From: Escherichia coli
GTDB lineage: Bacteria; Pseudomonadota; Gammaproteobacteria; Enterobacterales; Enterobacteriaceae
Strand: one strand, 5' to 3'
NCBI RefSeq assembly: GCF_003018255.1
Contig: NZ_CP027440.1
DNA length: 64,000 nucleotides
Under the pieces are notes generated by a model that saw only the letters and a list, made by a program, of their open reading frames with translations, was not told the DNA's origin and did not search any database. Positions within the stretch are counted from its first letter, which is position 1; each line of letters starts with the position of its first letter. Shown one piece after another: positions 27,059-37,809 of the stretch. A program made the position numbers and the translations under genes.

Positions 27059-28474
27059 GTGAAACAAAGCACTATTGCACTGGCACTCTTACCGTTACTG
27101 TTTTCCCCTGTAACAAAAGCTCGGACACCAGAAATGCCTGTTCTGGAAAACCGGGCTGCTCAGGGCGATATTACTGCACCCGGCGGTGCTCGCCGTTTAA
27201 CGGGGGATCAGACCGCCGCTCTGCGTGATTCTCTTAGCGATAAACCCGCCAAAAATATTATTTTGCTGATTGGCGATGGGATGGGGGACTCGGAAATTAC
27301 TGCTGCACGCAATTATGCCGAAGGTGCGGGCGGCTTTTTTAAAGGTATCGATGCATTACCGCTTACCGGGCAATACACTCACTATGCGCTGAATAAAAAA
27401 ACCGGTAAACCGGACTACGTCACCGACTCGGCTGCATCAGCAACCGCCTGGTCAACTGGTGTCAAAACCTATAACGGCGCACTGGGCGTCGATATTCACG
27501 AAAAAGATCACACAACGATTCTGGAAATGGCAAAAGCCGCAGGTCTGGCGACCGGTAACGTTTCTACCGCAGAGTTGCAGGATGCCACGCCCGCTGCGCT
27601 GGTGGCGCATGTGACCTCGCGCAAATGCTACGGTCCAAGTGCGACCAGTGAAAAATGTCCGGGTAACGCTCTGGAAAAAGGCGGAAAAGGATCGATTACC
27701 GAACAGCTGCTTAACGCCCGTGCCGATGTTACGCTTGGCGGCGGTGCAAAAACCTTTGCTGAAACGGCAACCGCCGGTGAATGGCAGGGAAAAACGCTGC
27801 GTGAACAGGCACAGGCGCGTGGTTATCAGTTGGTGAGTGATGCTGCCTCACTGAATTCGGTGACGGAAGCGAATCAGCAAAAACCCCTGCTTGGCCTGTT
27901 TGCTGACGGCAATATGCCAGTGCGCTGGCTAGGACCGAAAGCAACGTACCACGGCAATATCGACAAGCCCGCAGTTACCTGTACGCCTAATCCGCAACGT
28001 AATGACAGTGTACCGACCCTGGCGCAGATGACCGACAAAGCCATTGAATTGTTGAGTAAAAATGAGAAAGGCTTTTTCCTGCAAGTTGAAGGTGCATCAA
28101 TCGATAAACAGGATCACGCTGCGAATCCTTGTGGGCAAATTGGCGAGACGGTCGATCTCGATGAAGCCGTACAACGTGCGCTGGAATTCGCTAAAAAGGA
28201 TGGCAACACGCTGGTCATAGTCACCGCTGATCACGCCCACGCCAGCCAGATTGTCGCGCCGGACACCAAAGCGCCGGGCCTCACCCAGGCGCTAAATACC
28301 AAAGATGGCGCAGTGATGGTGATGAGTTACGGGAACTCCGAAGAGGATTCACAAGAACATACCGGCAGTCAGTTGCGTATTGCAGCGTATGGCCCACATG
28401 CCGCCAATGTCGTTGGACTGACCGACCAGACCGATCTCTTCTACACCATGAAAGCCGCCCTGGGGCTGAAATAA
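27059..28474 (+). CDS. phoA: alkaline phosphatase
   Basis: GTG start 27059; 471 aa; signal peptide; active-site DSAASAT region; recognised as PhoA. Confidence 0.97.
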   Translation: MKQSTIALALLPLLFSPVTKARTPEMPVLENRAAQGDITAPGGARRLTGDQTAALRDSLSDKPAKNIILLIGDGMGDSEITAARNYAEGAGGFFKGIDALPLTGQYTHYALNKKTGKPDYVTDSAASATAWSTGVKTYNGALGVDIHEKDHTTILEMAKAAGLATGNVSTAELQDATPAALVAHVTSRKCYGPSATSEKCPGNALEKGGKGSITEQLLNARADVTLGGGAKTFAETATAGEWQGKTLREQAQARGYQLVSDAASLNSVTEANQQKPLLGLFADGNMPVRWLGPKATYHGNIDKPAVTCTPNPQRNDSVPTLAQMTDKAIELLSKNEKGFFLQVEGASIDKQDHAANPCGQIGETVDLDEAVQRALEFAKKDGNTLVIVTADHAHASQIVAPDTKAPGLTQALNTKDGAVMVMSYGNSEEDSQEHTGSQLRIAAYGPHAANVVGLTDQTDLFYTMKAALGLK

Positions 28475-28480
28475 AACCGC

Positions 28481-28517
28481 GCCCGGCAGTGAATTTTCGC
28501 TGCCGGGTGGTTTTTTT
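28481..28517 (+). terminator. intrinsic terminator after phoA
   Basis: gcccggcag-tgaattttcg-ctgccgggtgg followed by ttttttt. Confidence 0.75.
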
Positions 28518-28592
28518 GCTGTTAGCAACCAGACTTAATGGCAGATCACGGGCGCACACGCTCATGGTTAAAACATGAAGAGGGATGGTGCT

Positions 28593-28913
28593 ATGAAAAT
28601 AACATTACTGGTTACCTTGCTTTTCGGACTGGTTTTTTTAACCACCGTCGGCGCTGCCGAGAGAACCTTAACCCCGCAACAACAGCGTATGACCTCCTGT
28701 AATCAGCAGGCGACGGCGCAGGCGTTGAAAGGGGATGCTCGTAAGACCTACATGAGTGATTGCCTGAAGAACAGCAAGTCTGCGCCTGGTGAAAAAAGTT
28801 TGACGCCACAGCAGCAAAAGATGCGCGAATGTAATAATCAAGCAACGCAACAATCTCTGAAAGGGGATGATCGTAATAAGTTTATGAGCGCCTGCCTCAA
28901 GAAAGCCGCCTGA
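28593..28913 (+). CDS. psiF: phosphate-starvation-inducible protein PsiF
   Basis: ATG 28593 (agggatgg SD), 106 aa, signal peptide, two internal repeats ...LTPQQQ(R/K)M..CN.QAT.Q.LKGD.R. Confidence 0.9.
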   Translation: MKITLLVTLLFGLVFLTTVGAAERTLTPQQQRMTSCNQQATAQALKGDARKTYMSDCLKNSKSAPGEKSLTPQQQKMRECNNQATQQSLKGDDRNKFMSACLKKAA

Positions 28914-29014
28914 TACCTGATAGTGCTAACGGGTGAGCTACGAAAATGGCTCACCCGAAATTTCATACTTCTGCCTTTAGCCCCGTCTCTATAATTTGGG
29001 AAAATTGTTTCTGA

Positions 29015-30130
29015 ATGTTCCCAAAAATAATGAATGATGAAAACTTTTTCAAAAAAGCGGCGGCGCATGGGGAGGAACCTCCTTTAACTCCTCAAAACGA
29101 ACATCAGCGATCCGGGCTGCGCTTCGCCCGTCGCGTCAGACTACCCCGCGCGGTTGGCCTGGCTGGCATGTTCTTACCGATTGCTTCAACGCTGGTTTCG
29201 CACCCGCCGCCGGGCTGGTGGTGGCTGGTGTTGGTCGGCTGGGCGTTCGTCTGGCCGCATTTAGCCTGGCAGATAGCGAGCAGGGCCGTCGATCCGCTTA
29301 GCCGGGAAATTTACAACTTAAAAACCGATGCAGTATTAGCGGGAATGTGGGTAGGCGTAATGGGCGTAAACGTGCTGCCTTCCACCGCGATGTTGATGAT
29401 TATGTGTCTGAATTTGATGGGGGCAGGCGGCCCCCGTCTGTTTGTCGCGGGTCTGGTGTTGATGGTGGTTTCCTGCCTTGTCACCCTCGAACTGACGGGC
29501 ATCACCGTGTCGTTCAATAGTGCGCCGCTGGAATGGTGGCTCTCCCTTCCCATTATCGTCATTTATCCTCTGCTGTTTGGCTGGGTCAGCTACCAGACGG
29601 CGACTAAACTGGCGGAACATAAACGCAGGTTGCAGGTCATGAGTACCCGCGACGGTATGACGGGCGTGTATAACCGACGTCATTGGGAAACTATGTTACG
29701 CAATGAATTTGATAACTGTCGGCGGCATAACCGCGATGCGACATTACTGATTATCGATATCGACCATTTCAAGAGCATCAACGATACCTGGGGCCATGAT
29801 GTGGGCGATGAAGCGATTGTGGCGCTTACCCGACAGTTACAAATAACCCTGCGCGGTAGCGATGTGATTGGTCGGTTTGGCGGCGATGAGTTTGCGGTAA
29901 TCATGTCCGGTACGCCAGCTGAGAGCGCCATTACCGCCATGTTACGAGTGCATGAAGGGCTAAATACATTACGTCTGCCGAATACGCCACAGGTAACTTT
30001 ACGGATTAGTGTGGGGGTTGCGCCGCTGAACCCACAAATGAGTCACTATCGTGAGTGGTTGAAATCGGCAGATTTGGCGCTTTACAAAGCAAAGAAAGCC
30101 GGACGTAACCGCACCGAAGTGGCGGCCTGA
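29015..30130 (+). CDS. dgcC: diguanylate cyclase DgcC (AdrA/YaiC)
   Basis: 371 aa; N-terminal MASE2-like membrane domain; C-terminal GGDEF domain with RFGGDEF motif. Confidence 0.95.
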   Translation: MFPKIMNDENFFKKAAAHGEEPPLTPQNEHQRSGLRFARRVRLPRAVGLAGMFLPIASTLVSHPPPGWWWLVLVGWAFVWPHLAWQIASRAVDPLSREIYNLKTDAVLAGMWVGVMGVNVLPSTAMLMIMCLNLMGAGGPRLFVAGLVLMVVSCLVTLELTGITVSFNSAPLEWWLSLPIIVIYPLLFGWVSYQTATKLAEHKRRLQVMSTRDGMTGVYNRRHWETMLRNEFDNCRRHNRDATLLIIDIDHFKSINDTWGHDVGDEAIVALTRQLQITLRGSDVIGRFGGDEFAVIMSGTPAESAITAMLRVHEGLNTLRLPNTPQVTLRISVGVAPLNPQMSHYREWLKSADLALYKAKKAGRNRTEVAA

Positions 30131-30146
30131 CGTCCGGCAAAAATCA

Positions 30147-30956
30147 TCAGGATTTGCTGAGTTTTTCTGATTTTTCCATACACTTCGTCATCGCTTCGAT
30201 CACTGCGGCACGGAAGCCTTTCTCTTCCAGTACGCGTACCGCCTCAATGGTGGTGCCTCCCGGTGAGCAGACCATATCTTTCAGTGCCCCCGGATGTTCT
30301 CCCGTTTCCAGCACCATTTTTGCGGAACCCATTACCGCCTGAGCGGCAAATTTATACGCCTGGGCGCGAGGCATCCCGCCCAGCACGGCGGCGTCGGCCA
30401 TCGCTTCGATAAACATAAAGACGTAGGCTGGGGAAGAACCGCTCACACCGACCACCGGGTGGATCATCGGCTCGGCAATTACTTCCGCTTCGCCAAAGCA
30501 GCGGAAAATATTCAGCACATCAGCGGTATCTTCTGGGGTTACCAGCGCGTTTGGCGTTACGGAGGTCATCCCGGCATTAACCAGCGCGGGAGTGTTCGGC
30601 ATGGCGCGGATAATTTTCCGGTCATGGCCCAGCGCGCGGGCAAGCTGGTCGAGCGTGACGCCTGCTGCAATAGAAACGACCAGAGAGTCTTTATTCAGGC
30701 TGGAGGTGATTTCGCTAAGCACTTTAATCATGATGCCTGGTTTAACGGCGGCAAAAATGATGTCGGCGATTTGCGCCACTTCTTGCGCCGATTCTGCGGC
30801 GTTGATGCCGAACTGGTCATGCAGGGCGGCGACTTTATCCGGGGAGGGGGTATATACCCAGATTTGCCCTGGAAGCACCTGACCGCTGGCAATCAGACCG
30901 CCGAGAATGGCTTTTCCCATATTGCCGCAGCCAATAAAACCGATTTTCTTTTCCAT
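30147..30956 (-). CDS. proC: pyrroline-5-carboxylate reductase
   Basis: ATG at 30954-30956 ([14 protein letters not shown] Rossmann motif), 269 aa; track ORF extends 36 codons. Confidence 0.95.
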   Translation of the reverse strand: MEKKIGFIGCGNMGKAILGGLIASGQVLPGQIWVYTPSPDKVAALHDQFGINAAESAQEVAQIADIIFAAVKPGIMIKVLSEITSSLNKDSLVVSIAAGVTLDQLARALGHDRKIIRAMPNTPALVNAGMTSVTPNALVTPEDTADVLNIFRCFGEAEVIAEPMIHPVVGVSGSSPAYVFMFIEAMADAAVLGGMPRAQAYKFAAQAVMGSAKMVLETGEHPGALKDMVCSPGGTTIEAVRVLEEKGFRAAVIEAMTKCMEKSEKLSKS

Positions 30957-31075
30957 TGCCTCACTCCTGCCGTGAAATTCATTGTTTTGATAATCGCTGG
31001 CAGAAGCATAAACAGAACTATGCCGGAAGGCAAAAGCGCGACACAATAGAGGATTACCCAACAAAGGATGACTTT

Positions 31076-31534
31076 ATGACAATTTGGGTGGATGCCGACG
31101 CGTGTCCCAATGTAATTAAAGAGATTTTGTATCGCGCGGCGGAACGTATGCAGATGCCGCTGGTACTGGTAGCAAACCAGAGTTTACGCGTGCCGCCATC
31201 GCGATTTATTCGTACGCTGCGCGTCGCGGCAGGTTTCGACGTTGCCGATAACGAAATTGTCCGGCAGTGTGAAGCGGGCGATTTGGTGATCACCGCAGAT
31301 ATACCTCTGGCTGCTGAAGCCATCGAGAAAGGCGCGGCGGCGCTTAATCCTCGCGGCGAACGTTACACGCCAGCGACCATTCGTGAGCGCCTGACGATGC
31401 GCGATTTTATGGATACCTTACGTGCCAGTGGGATCCAGACCGGCGGACCAGATAGTCTTTCACAACGTGACCGCCAGGCCTTTGCCGCGGAGCTGGAGAA
31501 GTGGTGGCTGGAAGTGCAACGTAGTCGTGGCTAA
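31076..31534 (+). CDS. yaiI: UPF0178/DUF188 family protein YaiI
   Basis: ATG 31076 ([13 protein letters not shown]...), 152 aa. Confidence 0.85.
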   Translation: MTIWVDADACPNVIKEILYRAAERMQMPLVLVANQSLRVPPSRFIRTLRVAAGFDVADNEIVRQCEAGDLVITADIPLAAEAIEKGAAALNPRGERYTPATIRERLTMRDFMDTLRASGIQTGGPDSLSQRDRQAFAAELEKWWLEVQRSRG

Positions 31535-31552
31535 ATGTAATTTATTATTTAC
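31535..31552 (+). promoter_or_regulatory. TyrR box upstream of aroL
   Basis: tgtaat-ttatta-tttaca fits TGTAAA-N6-TTTACA; aroL is a known TyrR-regulon member. Confidence 0.6.
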
Positions 31553-31635
31553 ACTTCATTCTTGAATATTTATTGGTATAGTAAGGGATGTATTGATATT
31601 TTCACCTTAAGTGGAATTTTTTCTTTACAATCGAA

Positions 31636-31653
31636 ATTGTACTAGTTTGATGG
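31636..31653 (+). promoter_or_regulatory. TrpR operator-like element / aroL promoter
   Basis: gtactagtt half-site resembling the TrpR operator core, next to -10-like tatgat (31654-31659). Confidence 0.45.
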
Positions 31654-31716
31654 TATGATCGCTATTCTCATGATACCGGCTTTCGCCGCATTGCGACCTA
31701 TTGGGGAAAACCCACG

Positions 31717-32241
31717 ATGACACAACCTCTTTTTCTGATCGGGCCTCGGGGCTGTGGTAAAACAACGGTCGGAATGGCCCTTGCCGATTCGCTTAACCGT
31801 CGGTTTGTCGATACCGACCAGTGGTTGCAATCACAGCTCAATATGACGGTCGCGGAGATCGTCGAAAGGGAAGAGTGGGCGGGATTCCGCGCCAGAGAAA
31901 CGGCGGCGCTGGAAGCGGTAACTGCGCCATCCACCGTTATCGCTACAGGCGGCGGCATTATTCTGACGGAATTTAATCGTCACTTCATGCAAAATAACGG
32001 GATCGTGGTTTATTTGTGTGCGCCAGTATCAGTCCTGGTTAACCGGCTGCAAGCTGCTCCGGAAGAAGATTTACGGCCAACCTTAACGGGGAAACCGCTG
32101 AGCGAAGAAGTTCAGGAAGTGCTGGAAGAACGCGATGCGCTTTATCGCGAAGTTGCGCATATTATCATCGACGCAACAAACGAACCCAGCCAGGTGATTT
32201 CTGAAATTCGCAGTGCCCTGGCACAGACGATCAATTGTTGA
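31717..32241 (+). CDS. aroL: shikimate kinase II
   Basis: 174 aa; Walker [10 protein letters not shown]; recognised as AroL. Confidence 0.95.
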
Positions 32242-32281
32242 TTTTCGAGCGCCTATACTTAACGTTCATCCCGTGAAATAA

Positions 32282-32482
<201 letters not shown>

Positions 32483-32739
32483 CCGCATCAGACTGCTCGG
32501 AAGGGATTCTGAGTGCCACCACAAGGGATCTGCGTCACATTTTTCACAATTCATGTTTTTCAAATAATTAGAATATTAAACAATAACAATCCATTACTGG
32601 AATCATTTGGAATCTTTACATTATGCCGTGCAGGTCTGCTGCTACGCTTTTTGTCATTTGTAGCACAGGTAAGTGTCAGCAGTGGTGCTTAGCGCTTGCC
32701 CGGTAATTAACGACGAAATAAAAGTAAGGTGGAAGAACA

Positions 32740-33417
32740 ATGAGTGCGTCGTTGGCGATCCTGACCATCGGCATTGTACCTATGCAGGAAGTTTTGCCGC
32801 TCCTGACAGAATACATTGACGAAGATAATATTTCCCATCATAGCCTGCTGGGGAAGTTAAGCCGCGAAGAAGTGATGGCGGAGTACGCGCCAGAAGCAGG
32901 CGAAGACACAATTCTCACATTATTAAATGACAACCAGCTGGCCCATGTTTCGCGTCGTAAAGTGGAACGAGACCTGCAAGGTGTGGTTGAAGTGCTCGAT
33001 AATCAGGGTTACGACGTCATTATATTAATGAGTACAGCAAACATTAGTAGTATGACCGCGCGTAATACGATCTTTCTTGAGCCGTCGCGGATATTGCCAC
33101 CGCTGGTTTCCTCTATTGTTGAAGATCATCAGGTGGGGGTTATCGTTCCGGTTGAGGAGATGCTGCCCGTTCAGACGCAAAAATGGCAAATTTTGCAGAA
33201 ATCGCCGGTATTTTCATTGGGTAACCCCATTCATGATTCAGAACAAAAAATCATTGATGCCGGGAAGGAATTACTGGCAAAAGGGGCTGATGTCATCATG
33301 CTGGATTGTTTAGGATTTCACCAACGTCATCGCGATTTACTGCAAAAACAGCTCGATGTTCCTGTCTTGCTCTCTAACGTATTGATTGCACGGCTGGCTG
33401 CGGAATTACTGGTGTAA
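32740..33417 (+). CDS. aroM: AroM family protein (function unknown)
   Basis: 225 aa; recognised as AroM. Confidence 0.9.
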   Translation: MSASLAILTIGIVPMQEVLPLLTEYIDEDNISHHSLLGKLSREEVMAEYAPEAGEDTILTLLNDNQLAHVSRRKVERDLQGVVEVLDNQGYDVIILMSTANISSMTARNTIFLEPSRILPPLVSSIVEDHQVGVIVPVEEMLPVQTQKWQILQKSPVFSLGNPIHDSEQKIIDAGKELLAKGADVIMLDCLGFHQRHRDLLQKQLDVPVLLSNVLIARLAAELLV

Positions 33418-33488
33418 TTTTGCGTGACAGCCAGCGCCTCTGGCCCCTATAGTGAAGTAGATGTTCAACTACCAGACAGGGCCAGTTT

Positions 33489-33773
33489 ATGCTTCAAAGT
33501 AATGAGTACTTTTCAGGCAAAGTGAAATCGATCGGCTTTTCCAGCAGCAGCACTGGTCGCGCCAGCGTGGGTGTTATGGTTGAAGGTGAATACACCTTCA
33601 GCACCGCTGAGCCTGAAGAGATGACGGTAATCAGTGGCGCGCTGAATGTGTTACTGCCTGACGCGACCGACTGGCAAGTGTATGAAGCCGGTTCGGTGTT
33701 TAATGTTCCCGGTCACAGCGAGTTTCATCTGCAAGTTGCCGAACCCACCTCTTATCTGTGCCGCTATCTGTAA
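33489..33773 (+). CDS. ppnP: pyrimidine/purine nucleoside phosphorylase PpnP (YaiE)
   Basis: 94 aa cupin-like ([17 protein letters not shown]...). Confidence 0.9.
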
Positions 33774-33980
33774 TTCCTCGCCTTCCCCTTGAACGGGAGG
33801 GCATTTTTCTGAAATGTCCTCTCTTTAACCCATAATAATATTTCCTTTGCTGGGATTTTTTCGATTTCCGATATATTCATAATTCATCAAGGTTGATATA
33901 AATATCAGCGAAGATCTCCAGATATTGTTGCGGAACTGGCGACGATAAAAGATAAATCAGATGATGAATGGTGGCGTGCA

Positions 33981-34259
33981 TTGCTGCAAAGTCGCAATGA
34001 TCATTTGCGCCAAACGGCATTGCACAACGCACATACCCCGGTGTTGTTAACGACATTGACTGAGTCTCAGGATCGGTCGCTGGCTATTAATAATCCACAG
34101 CTGGCTGCCGATGTGAAAACGGTGTGGCTAAAAGAGGAGCCATCATTACTTTTATTTGTCGATCAACCCGCTCTTTCGCAGTTACGGGATTTAGTGAAAA
34201 CCGGGGCAACGCGGAAAATTCGCAGTGAAGCGCGTCACCGGCTTGAGGAAAAACAATGA
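33981..34259 (+). CDS. hypothetical protein (possibly the K-12 ykiA-type ORF)
   Basis: 92-codon ORF in the ppnP-rdgC spacer; no recognisable motif; weak coding evidence. Confidence 0.3.
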   Translation: MLQSRNDHLRQTALHNAHTPVLLTTLTESQDRSLAINNPQLAADVKTVWLKEEPSLLLFVDQPALSQLRDLVKTGATRKIRSEARHRLEEKQ

Positions 34260-34364
34260 CACAACGCCCCTGGAGCAAGTTACAGCGTAAAACGCATAAT
34301 ATTGCTGCGCTAAAAATTATTGCCCGCCGTAGCGAATAATTATATGCCTGGTGTAGCTTCGTAC

Positions 34365-34398
34365 GCCGGATAAGACGCGGCAGGCGTCGCATCCGGCA
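34365..34398. repeat. REP palindrome
   Basis: gccggataagacgcggcaggcgtcgcatccggca between the hypothetical ORF and the rdgC 3' end. Confidence 0.7.
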
Positions 34399-34416
34399 TT
34401 AAAGGTAAATCAGCAA

Positions 34417-35328
34417 TTAACGTTGTGCTTCGCCACCTAATCCTTCAATCAGGTTTTGAATTAACGCTGCCAGTTCACCAGTCATCAGGATGAAATCGGC
34501 ATCAAAACGCTGGGCGAAATCTTCACGGTCGATATCTTCGTTTTGATCGCGCAGCTCGTCGCAGAACTTCAGACGCTTGAGCGAACCATCGTCGCACATC
34601 ACAAACTGAATGCGCTGCTGCCAGTCGAGCGCCAGTTTAGTCACCACTTTTCCGGCTTCGATGTGATTGGTGATCTCTTCGCTGGTCAGATCTTGTTTCT
34701 TCGCGCGGATCACTCCACCATCTTCCAGCAGCGATTTCAGCTCGGCTTCATCAAGCAGCTGGAAGCCCTGTGCCGCGCTGCCGGAGCGAACCCATTCGGT
34801 CAGCGTCAGTTCAATCGGGTTTTCCATGCTCAATGGTACAACCGGTAACGACCCCAGGCTTTTACGCAGCAGTGCCAGCGTATCTTCCGCTTTTTTGGCA
34901 CTGGCGCAGTCCACCATAATCAAACCGTTAACCGTGTCGATCCACATCATTGTCTGGCTAAAACGGCTGAAAGCACGCGGTAGCAGAGAGTGCAGCACTT
35001 CGTCTTTCAGCGAATCTTTTTCGGTTTTCTTCAGCTTACGCGCCTGTTCCGCTTCCAGTTTGGCGATTTTCGCTTCCAGCGCCTGTTTAATCACCGGAGA
35101 CGGGAGGATTTTTTCTTCTTTGCGCGCGCAGATAACAATTTGACCATTGGCAACGTGCGTTAACGCATCGCTGTGCGATCCCATCGGAGGAACCCAGCCC
35201 ATCTTCGCCATGTCCTGGCTGCCGCATGGGGTAAATGCCATCGAGGCTAGCTGTTTTTCCATCTCTTCTGCACGCAACGAAATCTCGCGGCTAAGACGGT
35301 AAACCATTAAATTTTTGAACCACAGCAT
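34417..35328 (-). CDS. rdgC: recombination-associated protein RdgC
   Basis: ATG at 35326-35328 ([12 protein letters not shown]...), 303 aa. Confidence 0.95.
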
Positions 35329-35452
35329 GATAATTTCCACGGCCTTGTCGTTAAATTTAGCGGGCATGATAACGAATTGTCGGCGGCCTTGCATTGCCAA
35401 TCCGGTTGTCCGTCTCTACGCTATTGATATTGAAAAAAATAAGGAGAGTACC

Positions 35453-36361
35453 GTGCGTATAGGTATCGATTTAGGCGGCACCAAAACTGAAGTGATTGCA
35501 CTGGGCGATGCAGGGGAGCAGTTGTACCGCCATCGTCTGCCCACGCCGCGTGATGATTACCGGCAGACTATTGAAACGATCGCCACGTTGGTTGATATGG
35601 CGGAGCAGGCGACAGGGCAGCGCGGAACGGTAGGTATGGGCATTCCTGGCTCAATTTCGCCTTACACCGGCGTGGTGAAGAATGCCAATTCAACCTGGCT
35701 CAACGGTCAGCCATTCGATAAAGACTTAAGCGCGAGGTTGCAGCGGGAAGTGCGGCTGGCAAATGACGCCAACTGTCTGGCGGTTTCAGAAGCAGTAGAT
35801 GGCGCGGCAGCGGGAGCGCAGACGGTATTTGCCGTGATTATCGGCACGGGATGCGGCGCGGGCGTGGCATTCAATGGGCGGGCGCATATCGGCGGCAATG
35901 GCACGGCAGGTGAGTGGGGACACAATCCGCTACCGTGGATGGACGAAGACGAACTGCGTTATCGCGAGGAAGTCCCTTGTTATTGCGGTAAACAAGGTTG
36001 TATTGAAACCTTTATTTCGGGCACGGGATTCGCGACGGATTATCATCGTTTGAGCGGACATGCGCTGAAAGGCAGTGAAATTATCCGCCTGGTTGAAGAA
36101 AGCGATCCGGTAGCGGAACTGGCATTGCGTCGCTACGAGCTGCGGCTGGCAAAATCGCTGGCACATGTCGTGAATATTCTCGATCCGGATGTGATTGTCC
36201 TGGGGGGCGGGATGAGCAATGTAGACCGTTTATATCAAACGGTTCCGCAGTTGATTAAACAATTTGTCTTCGGCGGCGAATGTGAAACGCCGGTACGTAA
36301 GGCGAAGCACGGTGATTCCAGCGGCGTACGCGGCGCTGCGTGGTTATGGCCACAAGAGTAA
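35453..36361 (+). CDS. mak: manno(fructo)kinase, ROK family
   Basis: GTG 35453 with aggagag SD ([14 protein letters not shown]...), 302 aa; zinc motif CYCGKQGC. Confidence 0.9.
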   Translation: MRIGIDLGGTKTEVIALGDAGEQLYRHRLPTPRDDYRQTIETIATLVDMAEQATGQRGTVGMGIPGSISPYTGVVKNANSTWLNGQPFDKDLSARLQREVRLANDANCLAVSEAVDGAAAGAQTVFAVIIGTGCGAGVAFNGRAHIGGNGTAGEWGHNPLPWMDEDELRYREEVPCYCGKQGCIETFISGTGFATDYHRLSGHALKGSEIIRLVEESDPVAELALRRYELRLAKSLAHVVNILDPDVIVLGGGMSNVDRLYQTVPQLIKQFVFGGECETPVRKAKHGDSSGVRGAAWLWPQE

Positions 36362-36386
36362 AAAAACCAGGCAATTGGTGCATCAT

Positions 36387-36472
36387 GCCTGATGCGACGC
36401 TTGCCGCGTCTTATCAGGCCTACAAAATGAGCAACCCGTAGGCCGGATAAGGTGTTCACGCCGCATCCGGCA
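36387..36472. repeat. REP pair (BIME) between mak and araJ
   Basis: gcctgatgcgacgcttgccgcgtcttatcaggcctac ... gtaggccggataaggtgttcacgccgcatccggca. Confidence 0.8.
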
Positions 36473-36499
36473 ATAAGCAACGTGCACCGTGACAGTAAT

Positions 36500-37684
36500 C
36501 TACCCCAGTGGTTTCGCCAGCACCGGACTATCCGCCGCTTGCTGGCGCTTATAGCGACCATACAGCAGCAACGACGACATCGCAGCAAACGAAAGCAGGG
36601 CGGCAGGTAGCGCCACGTAATTATATGCCAGCCCCAGCGTCAGCATCATACCACCGCAATATGCGCCGACGGCGCTACCGAGGTTAAACGCTATTTGCCC
36701 ACCTGCGGCACCTAATAACTCTCCGCCTTTGGCATTTTGCAGTAACAATATTTGCAGTGGTGCTGAAAGGGCAAATAATCCCGCGCAACAAATAAATGCA
36801 AAAATAAGCGACGTTGTTTTCATGCCGCCGAAGAAAAAGAGCATCAGCAGTGCCAGCACAATAATAAAGTCAGTTACTGCCGCAATGCGCAGTGGTGAAT
36901 AACGTCCTGAAATCCGGCCACTTAGCACATTCCCCAGCACCATCCCTAGCCCCACTAACATCATAATAAAGGTCATTGCCGTTTCCGAAAAACCGGAAAT
37001 AAACATCATGTATGGCTTTACGTAGCTGAACCAGGCAAATACACCTGCGTTGCCAAACATGGTGGCGGCGAAAATTAACCACGGGGCCGGGCTGCGCAAA
37101 AAGTGAAATTGTTCGCGCAGCTTTCCTTTCGCTTCGTCGCGAATATCCGGCACCCAAAAATAGACCGATGCCATCACCGCAATATTAAAAACAGCGATCA
37201 ATAAAAAGGTGTAACGCCAGCTAAATTCCTGACTTAAATACGTTCCCAGCGGAATGCCCAGCAAATTGGCGACTGTCATCCCGGAAACCATCCCCGCCAC
37301 GGCGGCGGTGACTTTTCCGGGTTTGATAATTTTTGATAACACGATCGCGCCGACGCCAAAAAATGCGCCATGCGGAAAGCCGGATACCAGCCGACCAATG
37401 GCGAGCATCAGGTAAGACGAAGAGAGCGTGAACATGGCGTTGCCAATGACGCACAACGCCACCAGAAACAATAAGATATGTTTGAGTGAGTAGCGGCTGG
37501 AAAAGAGTGCGATGATTGGCGCACCGACCACCACCCCCAGCGCATAATACGAGATCATATGCCCGGCAGCAGGAATCGAAATTCCTACGTTATGCGCCAG
37601 CTCCGTAAGCACGCCCATAATGCCAAATTCGGCCATCCCCAAACCAAACGTGCCCAGAGCCAAAGATAAAATGACTTTTTTCAT
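36500..37684 (-). CDS. araJ: MFS transporter AraJ
   Basis: ATG at 37682-37684 (MKKVILSLALGTFGLGMAEF...), 394 aa, 12-TM-like hydropathy. Confidence 0.9.
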   Translation of the reverse strand: MKKVILSLALGTFGLGMAEFGIMGVLTELAHNVGISIPAAGHMISYYALGVVVGAPIIALFSSRYSLKHILLFLVALCVIGNAMFTLSSSYLMLAIGRLVSGFPHGAFFGVGAIVLSKIIKPGKVTAAVAGMVSGMTVANLLGIPLGTYLSQEFSWRYTFLLIAVFNIAVMASVYFWVPDIRDEAKGKLREQFHFLRSPAPWLIFAATMFGNAGVFAWFSYVKPYMMFISGFSETAMTFIMMLVGLGMVLGNVLSGRISGRYSPLRIAAVTDFIIVLALLMLFFFGGMKTTSLIFAFICCAGLFALSAPLQILLLQNAKGGELLGAAGGQIAFNLGSAVGAYCGGMMLTLGLAYNYVALPAALLSFAAMSSLLLYGRYKRQQAADSPVLAKPLG

Positions 37685-37809
37685 ACCACCATCACAACCA
37701 CCAGAACGGCTACCAATCACCGTAGCCAATAAAGTGATAGCTTGCAGGATAACGACCAGCAAGGCCAAGAGATAATTCGCCCCTCTGTATTCATTATCCT
37801 GCTGAATAG

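Noticed and set aside
30294-31049. 251-codon plus-strand ORF antisense to proC
   Set aside because: Fully contained within the well-supported proC CDS on the opposite strand; translation is Gly/Arg/His-rich low complexity with no SD; a shadow ORF of GC-rich coding DNA.
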